From positions 131,440,001 through 131,504,000 of the forward strand of contig NC_042999.1 of NCBI RefSeq assembly GCF_006345805.1: DNA of 64,000 bases. The letters are read 5' to 3'. A model generated the notes under the pieces. That model was not told the origin of the DNA. It saw nothing but the letters and a program-made list of their open reading frames with translations, and searched no databases. Both the position numbers and the translations under genes were made by a program. Origin of the DNA: Octopus sinensis (taxonomy: Eukaryota). Of this stretch, positions 1 through 12,356 are shown in pieces; positions within the stretch are counted from its first letter, which is position 1, and each line of letters starts with the position of its first letter.

Positions 1-150
1 GTCCCTGTAACTAGCAGTTCAGCAAAAGATACCAATAGAATAAGTACTAGGCTTACAAAGACTAAGTCCTAGGGTCAATTTGTTTGACTAAAGGCAGTGC
101 TCCTGCATGGCCATAGTCAAACGACTGGAACAAGTATAAAAAAAAAAGTT
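1..150 (+). mobile_element. 3' half of tRNA-derived SINE (octopus-type, central-microsatellite family)
   Basis: Matches the 3' halves of the copies at 19916-20285 and 62608-63007 (…gatagaataagtactaggcttacaaag…gtgctcc.gcatggcc.cagtcaa..gactg.aacaagta); A-rich end. Confidence 0.8.
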
Positions 151-235
151 TAATGAAAGCATTGAGTACTTTATTTTCCCAGCTCCAGCAATAACAAATC
201 AAGAATAAAGAATGAACCTGCAGAAAATAAATATT

Positions 236-447
236 GGTTTTAAATTTTGGCACAGGGCCAGCAATTTCAGGGAGCAGGTAAGTCAATTACATCAACCCCA
301 GTGCTCAACTGGTACTTATGTTATTGACCTTGAAAGAATGAAAGGCAAAGTCAACCTCAACGTAATTTGAATTCAGAATGTAAAGACTGATGAAATACTG
401 CTAAGCATTTTTCCTGATGCACTATCGATTCTGCCAGCTTGTTGCCT
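236..447 (-). mobile_element. tRNA-derived SINE with a conserved central domain (Meta/Nin-like)
   Basis: Reverse complement of the family with body gactttgcctttcatcctttcggggtcgat..aataagtaccag; flanked by the repeat aataaatatt. Confidence 0.8.
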
Positions 448-490
448 CACAAAAGAATAAATATTAATTACAAGAAGCAGAAGTACTTAC

Positions 491-632
491 TAATCTTTTT
501 TCCATGTCTGTGCCAGAGCCCTGGATGCTTAAATCTAGCTTTTTTGCTGTGTTCATGCATGCTGATCGCACTTGTTCAACTCTTTTTTCAACACTAAGTA
601 AATCCTCAGAAAGAACCTCGGATTTTTCTGCT
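491..632 (-). CDS. ARHGAP44: Internal coding exon of a BAR-domain RhoGAP (RICH/Nadrin; ARHGAP17/ARHGAP44/SH3BP1 family)
   Basis: Minus strand has a polypyrimidine acceptor ttctttttattttacAG and a donor GTAAGT at 490-485. The 142 nt are 1 nt plus 47 codons: (R)AEKSEVLSEDLLSVEKRVEQVRSACMNTAKKLDLSIQGSGTDMEKRL. This matches the recalled vertebrate ARHGAP17/44 N-terminus RAEKTEVLSEDLLQ(I/V)E(R/K)R. The paralog cannot be resolved; it is likely a single invertebrate co-ortholog. Confidence 0.9.
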
Positions 633-741
633 CTGTAAAATAAAAAGAAACAAAAAGGTAATCAGATTTAAATTTCAAAATTCATTTCATCAAAATTAAC
701 CAAAACAAATGTAATTATTGAAATTTTAAAACACAATTATC

Positions 742-960
742 ATTGTCATCATTTTTTGATGTTCATTTTCCATGCTGGTATAGCTTAGACAGTTTGACAG
801 GATCCAGTGAGCTGCAGAACTGCACTGAGCTCCAATATCAGCTCTGGCATGATTTCTATGGCTGGATGCCCTTTCTAGTGTCAATCACTTTTCAGTGTGT
901 ATTAGGTGCATTTTTCATGTAGTAAGCACAAGTGAAGTTACTAAGTAACTTGCAAGACAA
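742..960 (-). mobile_element. Degraded RTE LINE 3' tail
   Basis: Reverse complement of the tail at 59740-59885 (ttttccatgctgg…ggctggatgccc), with a (CAT)-like start. Confidence 0.65.
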
Positions 961-1409
961 AAAAAAAAAACAGGAAGAAGCGAAAAAGAAAAAGCTCCCT
1001 CAACTAAATGCAGTGCAGGTTAAATACTCCCATCACATTTAGTAGAGGGAAAGGAGGGGCGATGGTTCTATACCAGGTGTTGAGAGATTAAAGTGTGATA
1101 GAGAGTCAAGCCTAGGTGTCTTGTAACAGAGGAGATACAAGGATACCCTGGAAGAAAAAAATTAAATGTATAAATGGGGGGGGGAGTACTCTGATGTCCA
1201 TGTAGGCTGTGGTAAAATGAATTGATTAATCCAGTTACCTAAAATGTTGTTTTGCAAGTAACTTTATTATATGCAAAAATAACTGTAAAAAAAAAAAAAA
1301 GGAAGACAACAATCGGCTAGCTATCATTGAACTGCAATGGAATCTTGTTTTGTGTTTTGAAGTATTAAATCCCTTTGACCCAATGACTAAATAAAATCCA
1401 TCCTTTGCC

Positions 1410-1618
1410 TTCATCCTTTAGCATTCAGATTATTCTGTCAAATGTAATGCTTGTTTATTCACATTGTCTTGAATTAATCATGCATTGTAGCTTTGAGATT
1501 TCGATGATGTGATTATTTATCTTTAGAATGATACTGTAGGGGTTTAAGAAGCCAGATCTGACCAGTTTGAACATAAAAATGGATAGAAGATATGGTTGGT
1601 TTAACTGCTAAATGGATA
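1410..1618. mobile_element. piggyBac-type MITE family A, degraded
   Basis: cctttagcattcagatt…ttaactgctaaatgga; internal sequence shared with 24525-24752, 39487-39707 and 51130-51566. Confidence 0.7.
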
Positions 1619-2169
1619 CACATGTATCGATCAGCTGCATCTATTACCATTGTGCTATGAAATATCAAATCTACTTTTAATCAATGAACTAAATATATCC
1701 TCACTTAGAAAACTCAAATGAACATGCAAAAATATAAAATATGTAACTTCTTTTCTAATTATCAGAAAAAATATCCAATCTGACACACAACACACCAATG
1801 TAAAATATAATTTTCTGGATTAAAATTTGCTGATTTCTCATTGGTCACTAAATGAACCTTTCTAACTTTTCCATCATTGACAAAGATTTACCCAGTGATA
1901 TAGCTTGCTGGTCTTCTACTCTAAGCTGTCACTCTACAATACTTATTCTTAAACTGATGAAAGCACCCTCCTTCCAATCAGAGCATTGTCATTAATAACT
2001 CCTAAACTTTCCATTTATAACGGGTTTTTTTACATATATTTTGGTCTTAAATTTAATCTATTTAATATTACATACCACAACACAGAATATTAAATTTTCT
2101 GATCAATAGAGAATCCTACAAATGTTATGGGTTTTGTTATAGTTTTTTTTAAATCTTATAACCACCAGC

Positions 2170-2385
2170 AAAGTGACAAGCTGGCACAATCGTTGGCACA
2201 TCAGACAAAATGCTTAGAGGTATTTTGTCAGTCTTTACGCTCTAAGTTCAAATTCCTCCAAAGTCAACTTTACCATTAATCCACTCAGGGTCAATAAAAA
2301 AAGTACCAGTTGAACAATGGGGTTGATGTATTCAACTTACTCCTCCCCCAAAACTGCTGGCCTTGTGCCAAGATTTTAAACTAAT
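2170..2385 (+). mobile_element. tRNA-derived SINE (Meta/Nin-like domain)
   Basis: agctggcacaatcgtt…gttcaaattcc (B box)…gggtcaataaaaaaagtaccagttg. Confidence 0.75.
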
Positions 2386-2977
2386 CTTATAATCAAGAGG
2401 ATAGGTAATGCTCATCACCTTTTATGGAGCTTCCAAGATAAGTAGGAGGGAGAGATAAAGGTATCCTCATACCAAAGATCTGATCCAAATGCTTGCAGCA
2501 GAATGAATCCCAATAAAGTCACTGAAGGTGCCAAGCAGAGGTATTAAACTGGATGTCAAATTATATCTATCACCAAGTAAGCCATGGTGGGATTTGAACA
2601 AATACTGCCAGATATCTTGTCCAAATGGTCTTTCAATTCTGCCAATCCACAACCCTAGATTGGTGATTTTTTTTATCGATTCCAATAGGATGAAAGGCAA
2701 AGCTGAGCTCAGCAAATTTGAACTTAGAGTGTATAGATACGAATCAAATACCACAGGGACATTCTATCCAGTATTGTAATGACTTAATCAATCAATTCCC
2801 TTGAAGGCTAAAAATATGAGGAATGTCTTCAGTTGCACTTGAAAATAAATCTTGATCAAATCAAATATAAATCACGCATACATCTCACTAATAATCAAAA
2901 TAGGCTGAATTTCTGTGTTAAGTTGACAACATCCCAAATAATCAAGATAGCTGTCTTTGGAGGTGTGTGCATGCATG

Positions 2978-3015
<38 letters not shown>

Positions 3016-3504
3016 TATATACACAGATGTTTCAGTTGAATGTTACACTTCACATGGCCAAACACTTCAAGTTGAAATGTGCAATACAGTTCCAGAAGAG
3101 ATGGCAGCATGACATAGCCAGATGGCAACATTCATTCCATGGGTCAACAGAGCTGATTTCCATAACAAACAACATCAACAACCTCTTTAAAAGTCAACAC
3201 CAGTTGAAATGAGCAAAGTGGTTGCAGCTGTGAGAGAGAGAGAGAAAAAAAACTATATTTTATGATTCAAGAACTTACAGTGATGACAACTCAATATGGT
3301 TTGGCAGAAACAGGAGCAAGATAAAACAAAAGAGAAGGGAAGGAGAGAGAGTATAAAAGCGAGAAAAAGAAGAGAAAATAAAGAATTAGTTATCTTCATA
3401 ACCTTATATAAAATAGCAAGAATAACAAAACACAACTAACTCTTCTTATGTCTGAAATTGTACTATACCTACACATAGGTATTCTAAACATTGTAAGACA
3501 ATCA

Positions 3505-3750
3505 TGTTGGTGTCACATATCTGGCACCCATGCTAGTAGTATATAAAAGATACCTTTCAAGCATTGGGCGTCACAGAGGCAATGTAGCCAATGCTGGTGT
3601 TGCGTAATTAGCACCTGTGCCAGTGGCACATGAAAAGCACCTTTCAAGTATTGGGCCTCATGGAGACAATAACAAATGACCAAAACCTTTGGTCAAACGG
3701 TCTAACCTATGTCAGTATGGACAAACGATGTTAAGTGATGATGATGATGG
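3505..3750 (+). mobile_element. Degraded RTE 3' UTR/tail
   Basis: gcacctgtgccagtggcacatgaaaagcac…gttaagtgatgatgatg. Confidence 0.6.
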
Positions 3751-3829
3751 GCAAATTGTGACCCACGGGACTTTCTGTATGACATTTCAAACAAAAAATG
3801 ACCTTGTATTGTTTTAGAAGTGCAGCCTA

Positions 3830-5850
3830 CCTGATGATGAGCCATGTCTCATGCAACCCACTATTTTTTAGAAAAGGTGGCCCAAAACTGATCTAAGAGC
3901 TGTTCTTTTTTGTGAAAATCTTTCATCATTATTATACATGTATTTTGAAAACCATTTGTCATTAACATAAAATTTGTAGAAAATTAAAGGAGGAAAATAG
4001 ATTTCACAAGCAATGTTCTTTCTGCCATAACAAATGAAAACCAAGCTTAAGAGAAATATATATTGACTAAAACATAATAACAGAGGCCAAAATGAAGGAA
4101 AAAAAACTATCAAAAACAGTACCAAACCATAAAACAGATTGTTATAGTACAGCAAAAGACCTTTCCAAAATTAACTTGGTAACAAATTATAGCAACAATA
4201 GTGAATTGCAATACAGCTATCAAAAAGATTCAGGATATAAATGTCAACATCAACACCACCAAGATTAATCATCTAATTTATGTAACTCATATAACAGCCA
4301 CAAAAGAAAATTGGTTACCTACAAATTACAATCTCTGGAGCTACACTCTATAAAACCCATCATATTAATCCTTCCACAAGATAAAATATTCATCTTAAAA
4401 GAAAATAAAGTATGTTAAAAGCTTTCTATAACTACAGGGTAGTTATCAGTCAACAATACTGCAACAGGAGACTTGAGAAGAAAGGGGAAAATTGAAAGAA
4501 TTTGAGAAAGTATGGATTAGATTATTAGAAAACTTATAACAGCCTCACCAAGTCTGAACCAATAATCAGAATGTATAACAAAAATGCAATGAATAAACAG
4601 TAAAACACTTAAAATTGTAAGCTATCAATGATTTGAAAGACTTTCAGGAAAGCCGCTCTAAGCTGGAAGCAGCTAATGACATAGGACAAACCAGCCATAC
4701 AATAGGTACATACTATGGTGTCATAAATCCTGCACAGGGATTTTATGCAGAGAGCAAAAATAGAGAGAGGGATTAGGGGTACTAATATCTAGCAAAGAGC
4801 AATAGCTACAAAGCAAAAAACCAAAGAAAACAAAGATATTTTCAGCTTTGAAGGGTATCAATAAAAACAAAACAGAAAAAGATGTAACAGACAATTGAGA
4901 GGTGAAAGAAGAAACAACAGAAATTGTGAAAAGAAGGAAAAACTAACTGAAAAGAATGCCATGCTAAAATAATGGTAGGAAAAATTATTTACATAGTCAA
5001 CACTTGCAAAATTAAATAGGACAAAAACAAAGAAAAATTACAGTACTGGTTAAGAAGTACCAGATGCAAAGCCAAGACAGAAGGATTCTTGATTGTGGAA
5101 TATGATAAAAAGTTTTCAATCAGAAACTACCATAAGCATATAATGAGGTATTAAGAAACAAAAGAATGTTGGAAAGAAACTATTAGCCATAGTATCTTTT
5201 TGCATTATACAAGTTTGGTTTGTTGGTCAGTATTATGCAGATGTTCTAATGTTAATTTTGTTGCTTATCAATAGGCCTGTATTTATGTTGTTTTTTTTGT
5301 CTATGTTTTTACTTGCTTTGTTCTTGTTTATTATTATTTATGTTTTTTTTTTCATTTAAGTATTCTGTTTCGATTTCTGGAATCATTTTGGTTTTAATAA
5401 CGTATCTCCTTTAAGTCCTTTAGCTGATCATATGGGATTAAAAGTTACTTAGCGTCATGGACCACAAAGAACGATCTCCTACATCAAGTATAAGTCCCCA
5501 AAGACCATACATATGTCTCAAAAAAGAAACTGAAAAGTTATCAAGATATAAAGATGTGGAGAGTGAGATATCCAGAATATGAAGGACTGAAAACGGAAGC
5601 AATCTTTATCATAAATAGGTGGTTTGGAAATGCCAGCATTGAAAATGGATATTAAATGATGATGATGCAACTGAAAACTAAAACCTCAGGGTTTCTAAAT
5701 ATATCACATAGAAAACAGCACTACTGGGTATTACATACATCATGGCAAAAACTTTTAATACAACAGGAAATATAAAAAAAAAATACCACTCAGTAAAACC
5801 AAGGTGCACAAAGTTGTGCTCTATCATGCAATGAAAACACAATAGAAAAA
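3830..5850 (+). mobile_element. Heavily degraded R4/Dong-clade (RLE) non-LTR retrotransposon
   Basis: Translated remnants: QYWLRSTRCKAKTEGFLIVEYDKKFSIRNYHKHI (~5041-5145), KETEKLSRYKDVESEISRI (~5524-5580) and KTALLGITYIMAKTF (~5712-5757). These resemble the R4/Dong post-RT motifs and the restriction-like endonuclease C-terminal motifs (ETEG…QDQ…RNY; KE.EKL.KYKDL..EI; QKTALLGT.HI). Confidence 0.65.
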
Positions 5851-6514
5851 GATTACTGCAAAATAATACTTCTACTACTACTACTGATGATGATGATGAT
5901 GCAGCCAGCAACAAAAGCAAGGAAGGCTATTCTCAAATGGTCCAATGCAACAGGATACTTTTTATATCAACAGATGGTAATTGTTATCCTATCAGATGTC
6001 ACAGTGAAGAAACACTGTAAGATAAAGGATGATTGTACGCAATTAAGTGACCACTTATAGGTAACAAATATTGAGATGTAGAAGTTAGTTGTGAACTTTC
6101 AGAACATAGTGTATATAGGAAAATGGGGGTTTGAAGGTAATTCCAAATGTTTTCAGTTCTGAAGAAGAAAAAATAAGAAAAGCATATAGTGAAGGCTCTG
6201 GGATAATAAAGACAAGAGGCAGCTCCATCATAGGCTTAGATGGAGTAAGTACACTCAATTCAGAGTGACAAAGGCCATTATAATAACAGCTGTAACATGT
6301 TGGTGTGCCCTTGCCAATCAGCAGATGGCCTTCTTTTGGATGAAATCTAGAATGTGGATATAAACAACCACTCTGACCTAGATATATGAATAACCCTGAG
6401 GCATTGCCTGCTACTCAACATGGAAAAATAAGCCTTTGAAATTAAATTTTGACAATGGAGTACATGAAACCTCCATGAGAGATTAAGTGGAATTATGAAA
6501 ACTATCATGTATAG

Positions 6515-6976
6515 CAATGATTCCCAACATGGGGCTTGGCATCCAAAATTTTTTCTTTTCATTTTTTTTTTAAAGTGGAACATGGAATTGTGAAAAAATT
6601 TTTTTTCACAGCAAACACATTACACCTACACTCAGCCTAGCCAAACCAATACTGTGTGGAGACTATTTGGTACAGTATAGCGCTGTTCTAATGCTACAGC
6701 TGAAGCTAACAAAATTGTCTCCTCAAGTCAACGAAATCTGTCATAGTCGCCAGGCACAAGGTTCCCATTAAAGGGATTCACTATTTTTCTTAGTCAATAA
6801 TGTACTTTTTTTTGGTACTCAGTACTTAAAAGAGTTACAGGTAGATTCTTTTGTATTAAATAACTGTGACAAAATATTAAAAATGAAATCTTTTTTTCTA
6901 ACCATCGGTGGGGGCCATGCATTTTTCTGGAAATCTATAGTGGGGGGCCTGGCGGAAAATAGGTTGGGAAACATTG
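6515..6976. mobile_element. hAT (Charlie-like) MITE
   Basis: TIRs CAATGATTCCCAACAT and rc CAATGTTTCCCAACCT; 8-bp TSD atgtatag/atgtataa. Confidence 0.8.
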
Positions 6977-7767
6977 ATGTATAATATCTTTGAGTCTTTT
7001 GAGTGCTGTTATAGAGTTACAAAGGTATAGTGATTGTGCCTTGGTATTGTTGAAGTAGATTACTTTAAGTTGTTTTATAAAACAGAGTTTCTAGATAAAA
7101 CTCACGAGGAAGAAATTATCTTGATAATATAAAGAAAATATGTCCTTATTAAGATATGAACAGGAAAATATTAGAGAACTTAAAAGAGAAACTGACTTAA
7201 AATGGGTCATTTTCTGATCTGATTTGAACAAAGTTGAGCAGACAGTTAATTTCTCAAAAATGATAAGAGAATAGTGGACTAATAGGTTTCCTCAAGTACT
7301 TGCTGTAAGTCACTAAATCTGGATACCTTGCAGATATAATTATCAAAGTCACTTTCTACAATGAAAATATTAACTATTGTATTATTGGTTTCAGTCCAAT
7401 TATATGTAATTTATGTGAAATTTTAAAATACCTTGAGAGAGAGAGAGAGAATGAAAAATGAGACAAGAGACACTGTTTACTTAAAGTTTCTCTAAAACTA
7501 ATAAGTATTATTTTAATGAAAAAATGAGAAAAGATGTCTAGTCTTTTTTTACAAGTATTTTTAGGGAGAAGGGGCATGTAATGGTGGTGATGGAGATATT
7601 TGGCATAAGGATGAAAATATCAACTGTAAATAGATTGTGCCTTTAGGAATGTAAAACATAGATGAATGAGCTGACAGAGGTTTATATATATATTGCCTGT
7701 AGCATGATCTTTGAATGTCGGGCCTTATGGAGGTCATGACAAGAGACCAAGACTTTTGGGGCCATTG

Positions 7768-8265
7768 CTAGTAGCAAGTTTCACCTTTGTATAACCTACC
7801 ACAGCTGGATGGGATGGAGTACATGCAGTCTTTGGTTATATTCTCTTTTATTGGTAGTTTTAATTGAAGAAGATATTTGCGAAGTGTTGTATTACTCTTG
7901 AATACTGCCCTCATGTCATATGGGCCACATATCTTTTGTATCTTTTCAGAGAGGCCTTTCACATAGGGTAGACAGACTGTGGTCAGTTTATGGGTTTCAT
8001 CCTCTCTTTTCTTCATAATTGGAGTGGATAGTATGTTTTTGGGGTCGTTGTTGCTAAATAGATTGTTACTTAGCTTGATCATTTCTTCATGGTGTGTATC
8101 AGGATCACTACTTATATACTTTGCTCGATGTTTTAGGCACTGAGCAATCCCTCTCTTTACACTGTATGGATAGTAGGAATTGAAGTTGAGGTATCGTCCA
8201 GTGAAAGTTGGCTTGCAGTATATGGAGGTCCTGGATCCATACTTGGTGCATGTTATTACAGATTT
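7768..8265 (-). mobile_element. Penelope-like element fragment (RT C-terminus, linker, start of GIY-YIG endonuclease)
   Basis: TSIYCKPTFTGRYLNFNSYYPYSVKRGIAQCLKHRA…LPYVKGLSEKI…MYSIPSSCGRLYKGET. These match the classic PLE motifs YRKPT.T.RYL, LPY..G.SE.I and Y.IPC.CG..YIGET. Confidence 0.85.
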
Positions 8266-9772
8266 CCCTTTATAATTGCTGAATGCTATAATTTTTTTAC
8301 ATTATTACACATACATCATAAAAATAGAAAACATTTCAAAGTAATGTAGTACCAGGCTTTGTACGTATGATTACACACACACACACATGCAAATACATAC
8401 ACACATTGCCACCATCATCACCATCTTTATTATCATCCTCATCTTCCATCCTGGCAAGGTTGCATATCTTGACAAGATCAGACAGGTCCAAGAACTGCAT
8501 CATACTCCAATGTCTGGTTGAACGCCTTTTCTCATATCAACCATTTTACAGAGAGTACAGGATATTTTTGTGCTCTTTTTTTTCTTTTATTTTTCATTGT
8601 ATCAGCACTAATAAGTTTGCCATACAGCTTGCTAAACTAAGAGCCCCTTTGAATAAGTGGGACTACAATAGAGAGGAAAGTGATTTCATGCTAGAAGATG
8701 AAAGGCTACAGAATGAAAGAAAGAGTCAAAACTGACCAGGGTTCTTGCTCTAGTACATAAATGGCTATTCATATTATGTAAAAGTTAACCTTCTAAGTTT
8801 TTGTAGCTATGGCCAGTTCAATTGAGTAACATAAACAACCAACAACATTTAATGAGATGTCTGACCAGTACATAGTATTAATTTCATAGGTGTGTAAACT
8901 TCTAACTCTTGCTGTACATATAGTGCATATGAAATCCTAATTCTGTCTCAGGCTGCCAAAGATGCTCTCATGCCTTTTGTGCACAAAGTACACAGAATTT
9001 CATGTTTAACTACTTCCCTTCTTACATACCAAATAAATAAGATATATCTCAAAATTATGGTAGTTTCACTCAAAATGGATACTAAAAACAAATTTTAAAT
9101 ATAAAGTAAAAGAGAAAATGCTCAAACAATTAAAAAATATCTCATTATCATTATGTTCATTTAACCACCCTGTTTTCCCAACATGTCTCATCTCATCTGA
9201 AATAGCCAGTCTTCTGACATTCAACAACTCACCATTATACATTCAGATTCCATATTGTTACAAGTATGATATTTCTACTACTTTGTTAATACTATCCTTA
9301 ACTACAATACCTCTAGCTACCATGTTATCACAAGCCACACTTCTAACACAGTATAGAACTTGTATTTTCTATGACCTTCAATTCATGCCTGCTCATGCTT
9401 ATAACTACTATGGTTCAATTGGTGCTTTGCCAGTCTCAAGATTACATTACAATCTCCTGTGTTTGCACCATTGTCTGCACTGATTAAAAAAGATTTGAAT
9501 TGCTGCCTACTAAATTTCTGCAATTTGTTTTAATTAGTCAAAGAAGAAGGGAAAGTTATCAAGCTTTTGCTGGCCAACCCAGACAGGTGAGATTGATGCA
9601 GTTGATATTCAGTTTAAAGTTTTATAAGTCAATGAATGCAAGAAAAACATGTACATGCTTGTGTTTTAAGACCTGTCGTCATCACCACTAGTAAACACAC
9701 AGTGAGGGAATTCCAGAGGGTTACAATTAGAGAAAGGTATGTTTGAGAAAGTGCTTAGTGTAGGATCTAGGG

Positions 9773-10029
9773 CAGTGATTCTCAACAAGGGTCCATATAA
9801 CCCTTGGGGATCCACATAAGATTTCATTGTTAAAATTTATGTGCAATAAATTGGTTAAGCTTATATAATATACAAAATATTTGAAAAATTTTTTATACAA
9901 TTCCTAATAATATTTAATTATAAAAACATAGACGGACTAATTCTATATACAGTGAATGGTAATGGCGGTCCGGTAGAGTAAAATAGGAACTAAAGGGGCT
10001 CATAGATAACAAATGATTGAGAACCACTA
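9773..10029. mobile_element. hAT MITE
   Basis: TIRs CAGTGATTCTCAAC and rc TAGTGGTTCTCAAT; TSD atctaggg/acctaggg; 3' part related to 55273-55827. Confidence 0.8.
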
Positions 10030-11376
10030 ACCTAGGGCTAAAACCATGGAGATGACAAACAAAAAGATGCAACTTAATAAGTCAGAAGAGTAAAGGTCAC
10101 CATAATAGGAGGGAAAGTAGGGAGAAGAAACACTAAACATACAAATGAGGCTTTACTTAACTGAATGGTCTTTTTATTGATTTGATCTTGGATGTCAGTG
10201 CATCTAGCAGCAGCAGTTGCAACATGAGCAGTATTGTATTGTTGTGCATGCATTAAAAGAGTGTAACGGAATATCGGTTGTCTGATACAAGTAATAAATG
10301 CATCTGGATGTTATTGAAGAAATTGTCATGTCCTTATTGAAAAATATTTTCAAGGTCTTAAGCCTGACATGAGTCATTTCCTGATGATGCAGGGCATTTG
10401 TAATCCTTACTACTAAAAGTTCACTCTCTAACCAACCTTATTCTTTCGAATATCCCTGTTAAAATGCTAACTACAAAGTTAACATCACTGTAACATCCAC
10501 TACCAATGGTATTTTCACTAAAAATCACAAAAATCTAGTTTTGCCTGTCTTGATCTTGCTTCTGGCCACAATACAACAATAGTTATATAAATTCAATTTA
10601 TATTGAAAATATTGCCTTATGATTTACAAAATGCACATATTGCGTGTGTGTACGTGGACATATATAACATGTGTTCATACCATGCACAAATTATATATGC
10701 ATTAAGGTCTCTATATATGAACGTAATTCATTCTGGGGCTTTGTTCATTAACCAGATTGTTTTTTGTATGAGCAATTGAAATACAAATAAACAGAGATAA
10801 TCCATTCCAAGCCACACCCAAATGCTACATAAAGGCATGAAATGATATTTTATTTGTACATCCAAAAATAGCAAATACATAAATATATATGTATAGGTAT
10901 AATGTGCATGCATGCATGTACGTGTGTGCATGTATGTATGTATGTATGTATGTATGTACGTATGTATGTATGTACATACGTATGTATGTACACACATATG
11001 TATGTACACATGTATACAAATATGCGTGTATGTGTTTTTCCCTTTTTCCTCGTCTTGCTTCAGTCAATCCAAGGTTATGTTTTTACAAAAAAAAAATTGA
11101 GAAATATTATTTTTCTATATAAAATACAAAAATTTACATGGACATTAACAAATATCTCCCAGCCACTTTTATGTGTGTGCATAGTCTACTGGTGCTTTGT
11201 TATTCAAATTTCAGCTAATTGGTTGAAAATAACTTCCTTAAAAAAAAAGCTGTTCCCAGTACAGTATGTTCATTTAGCATACCATTTGTATATGCCCTTC
11301 CAGCACCTATACACACATATAGTCTACCCATGGCTTGTTGTTTGAATTTCAGTTCTCGCTAAGCAAATGAGTTCCC

Positions 11377-11860
11377 ATCATCAACATCATCATCCCTTAA
11401 TATCCATTTTCTATACTGGCATGGATTGAATGGCTTGAACAGAACTGGCAAGCAGGAGAGCTGCACCAGGTTCCAGTCTGATTTGGCTTGGTTTCTAGAG
11501 CCAGATGCCCTTCCTAATGCCAACCACTTTATAGAGTATACTGGGCACTTTTAACCCTTTCGTTACCAACCCGGCTGAAACCGCCCCTGGCTCTGTAGGA
11601 CAAATGTCTTGTTTTCATAAGTTTTGAATTAAAATTTTCAATCAAACCGTAGTCACAATTTATGTTCCTAACACTAGCTTAATGATAACTAAGTTATTTT
11701 ACTAAATTCTTTGTTATATCTAAAGTAACTGAAAGAAACACAGAGCATCTCAAAATAAATACAGTAATGAAAGGGTTAATGTAGTAGTGGCACAAGGACT
11801 TTTACGTGGCACCAGCACGAGTGCTCCTTACATGGCACTGTCACAGGGCTCTTGCAGGCC
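11377..11860 (-). mobile_element. RTE 3' tail interrupted by a piggyBac-type MITE
   Basis: (CAT)n, …gatgcccttcctaatgccaaccac…; resumes after 11779 with gtggcacaagg…gtggcaccagcac. Confidence 0.7.
11551..11779. mobile_element. piggyBac-type MITE family B
   Basis: TTAA-CCCTTTCGTTAC…GTAATGAAAGGG-TTAA; second copy at 51333-51554. Confidence 0.85.
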
Positions 11861-12296
11861 AATCTTCATCAGGGGGAGTAGCATTAACACTTCTACTGTG
11901 GAGGAAAGGTCTTCTTGAGTACCACAGGTAACTTATATACATGCATAGTCCACTCATGCTTTGTTGATCAAATTCCAGCTCATTATGCATGTTTAATTTT
12001 CTTCAGAAAGACCATCCGTTATTCAATTTGTTCATATAGAGAACTGTTTGTAAATGGGTACCCCACTGTATATGACAGAATAAAAGGTTTTCTAAAGCAT
12101 TGTAGCAGTATTTGGACATTCTAACATAATATTCACATTATGCTGAATATAAAGATTGCCTTTTTGGTATTAACACTGCTTTTGTCGCTATTGATTATCT
12201 TTTAATAAGCCTGCTGGCTATTTGCAACATCAGTGCCTTTTTAGGCACTGAGATTCTATATATTGTTGACAGTGTGATTTGGCTGTTATGTTGCTA

Positions 12297-12356
12297 CTGG
12301 ACACCTGCCACTGATGAGCCCAGGCAGGATGAAATCATGTGATCTGACAGTTCCAG
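12297..12356 (+). ncRNA. Type-I hammerhead ribozyme motif, slightly decayed
   Basis: CTGCCA-CTGATGA-GCCCaggcaGGAT-GAAA-TCAtgTGA-T-C-TGACAG. Stem I is 5/6 paired with a distal ctgga/tccag helix. AUC triplet. Confidence 0.7.

Noticed and set aside
3828-3862. cctgatgatgagccatgtctcatgcaacc near the presumed 5' end of the R4/Dong relic
   Set aside because: No GAAA or stem III, and a hammerhead or HDV-like fold could not be built by eye.
10378-10425. ctgatga followed by a weak hairpin
   Set aside because: No GAAA and no stem I complement.
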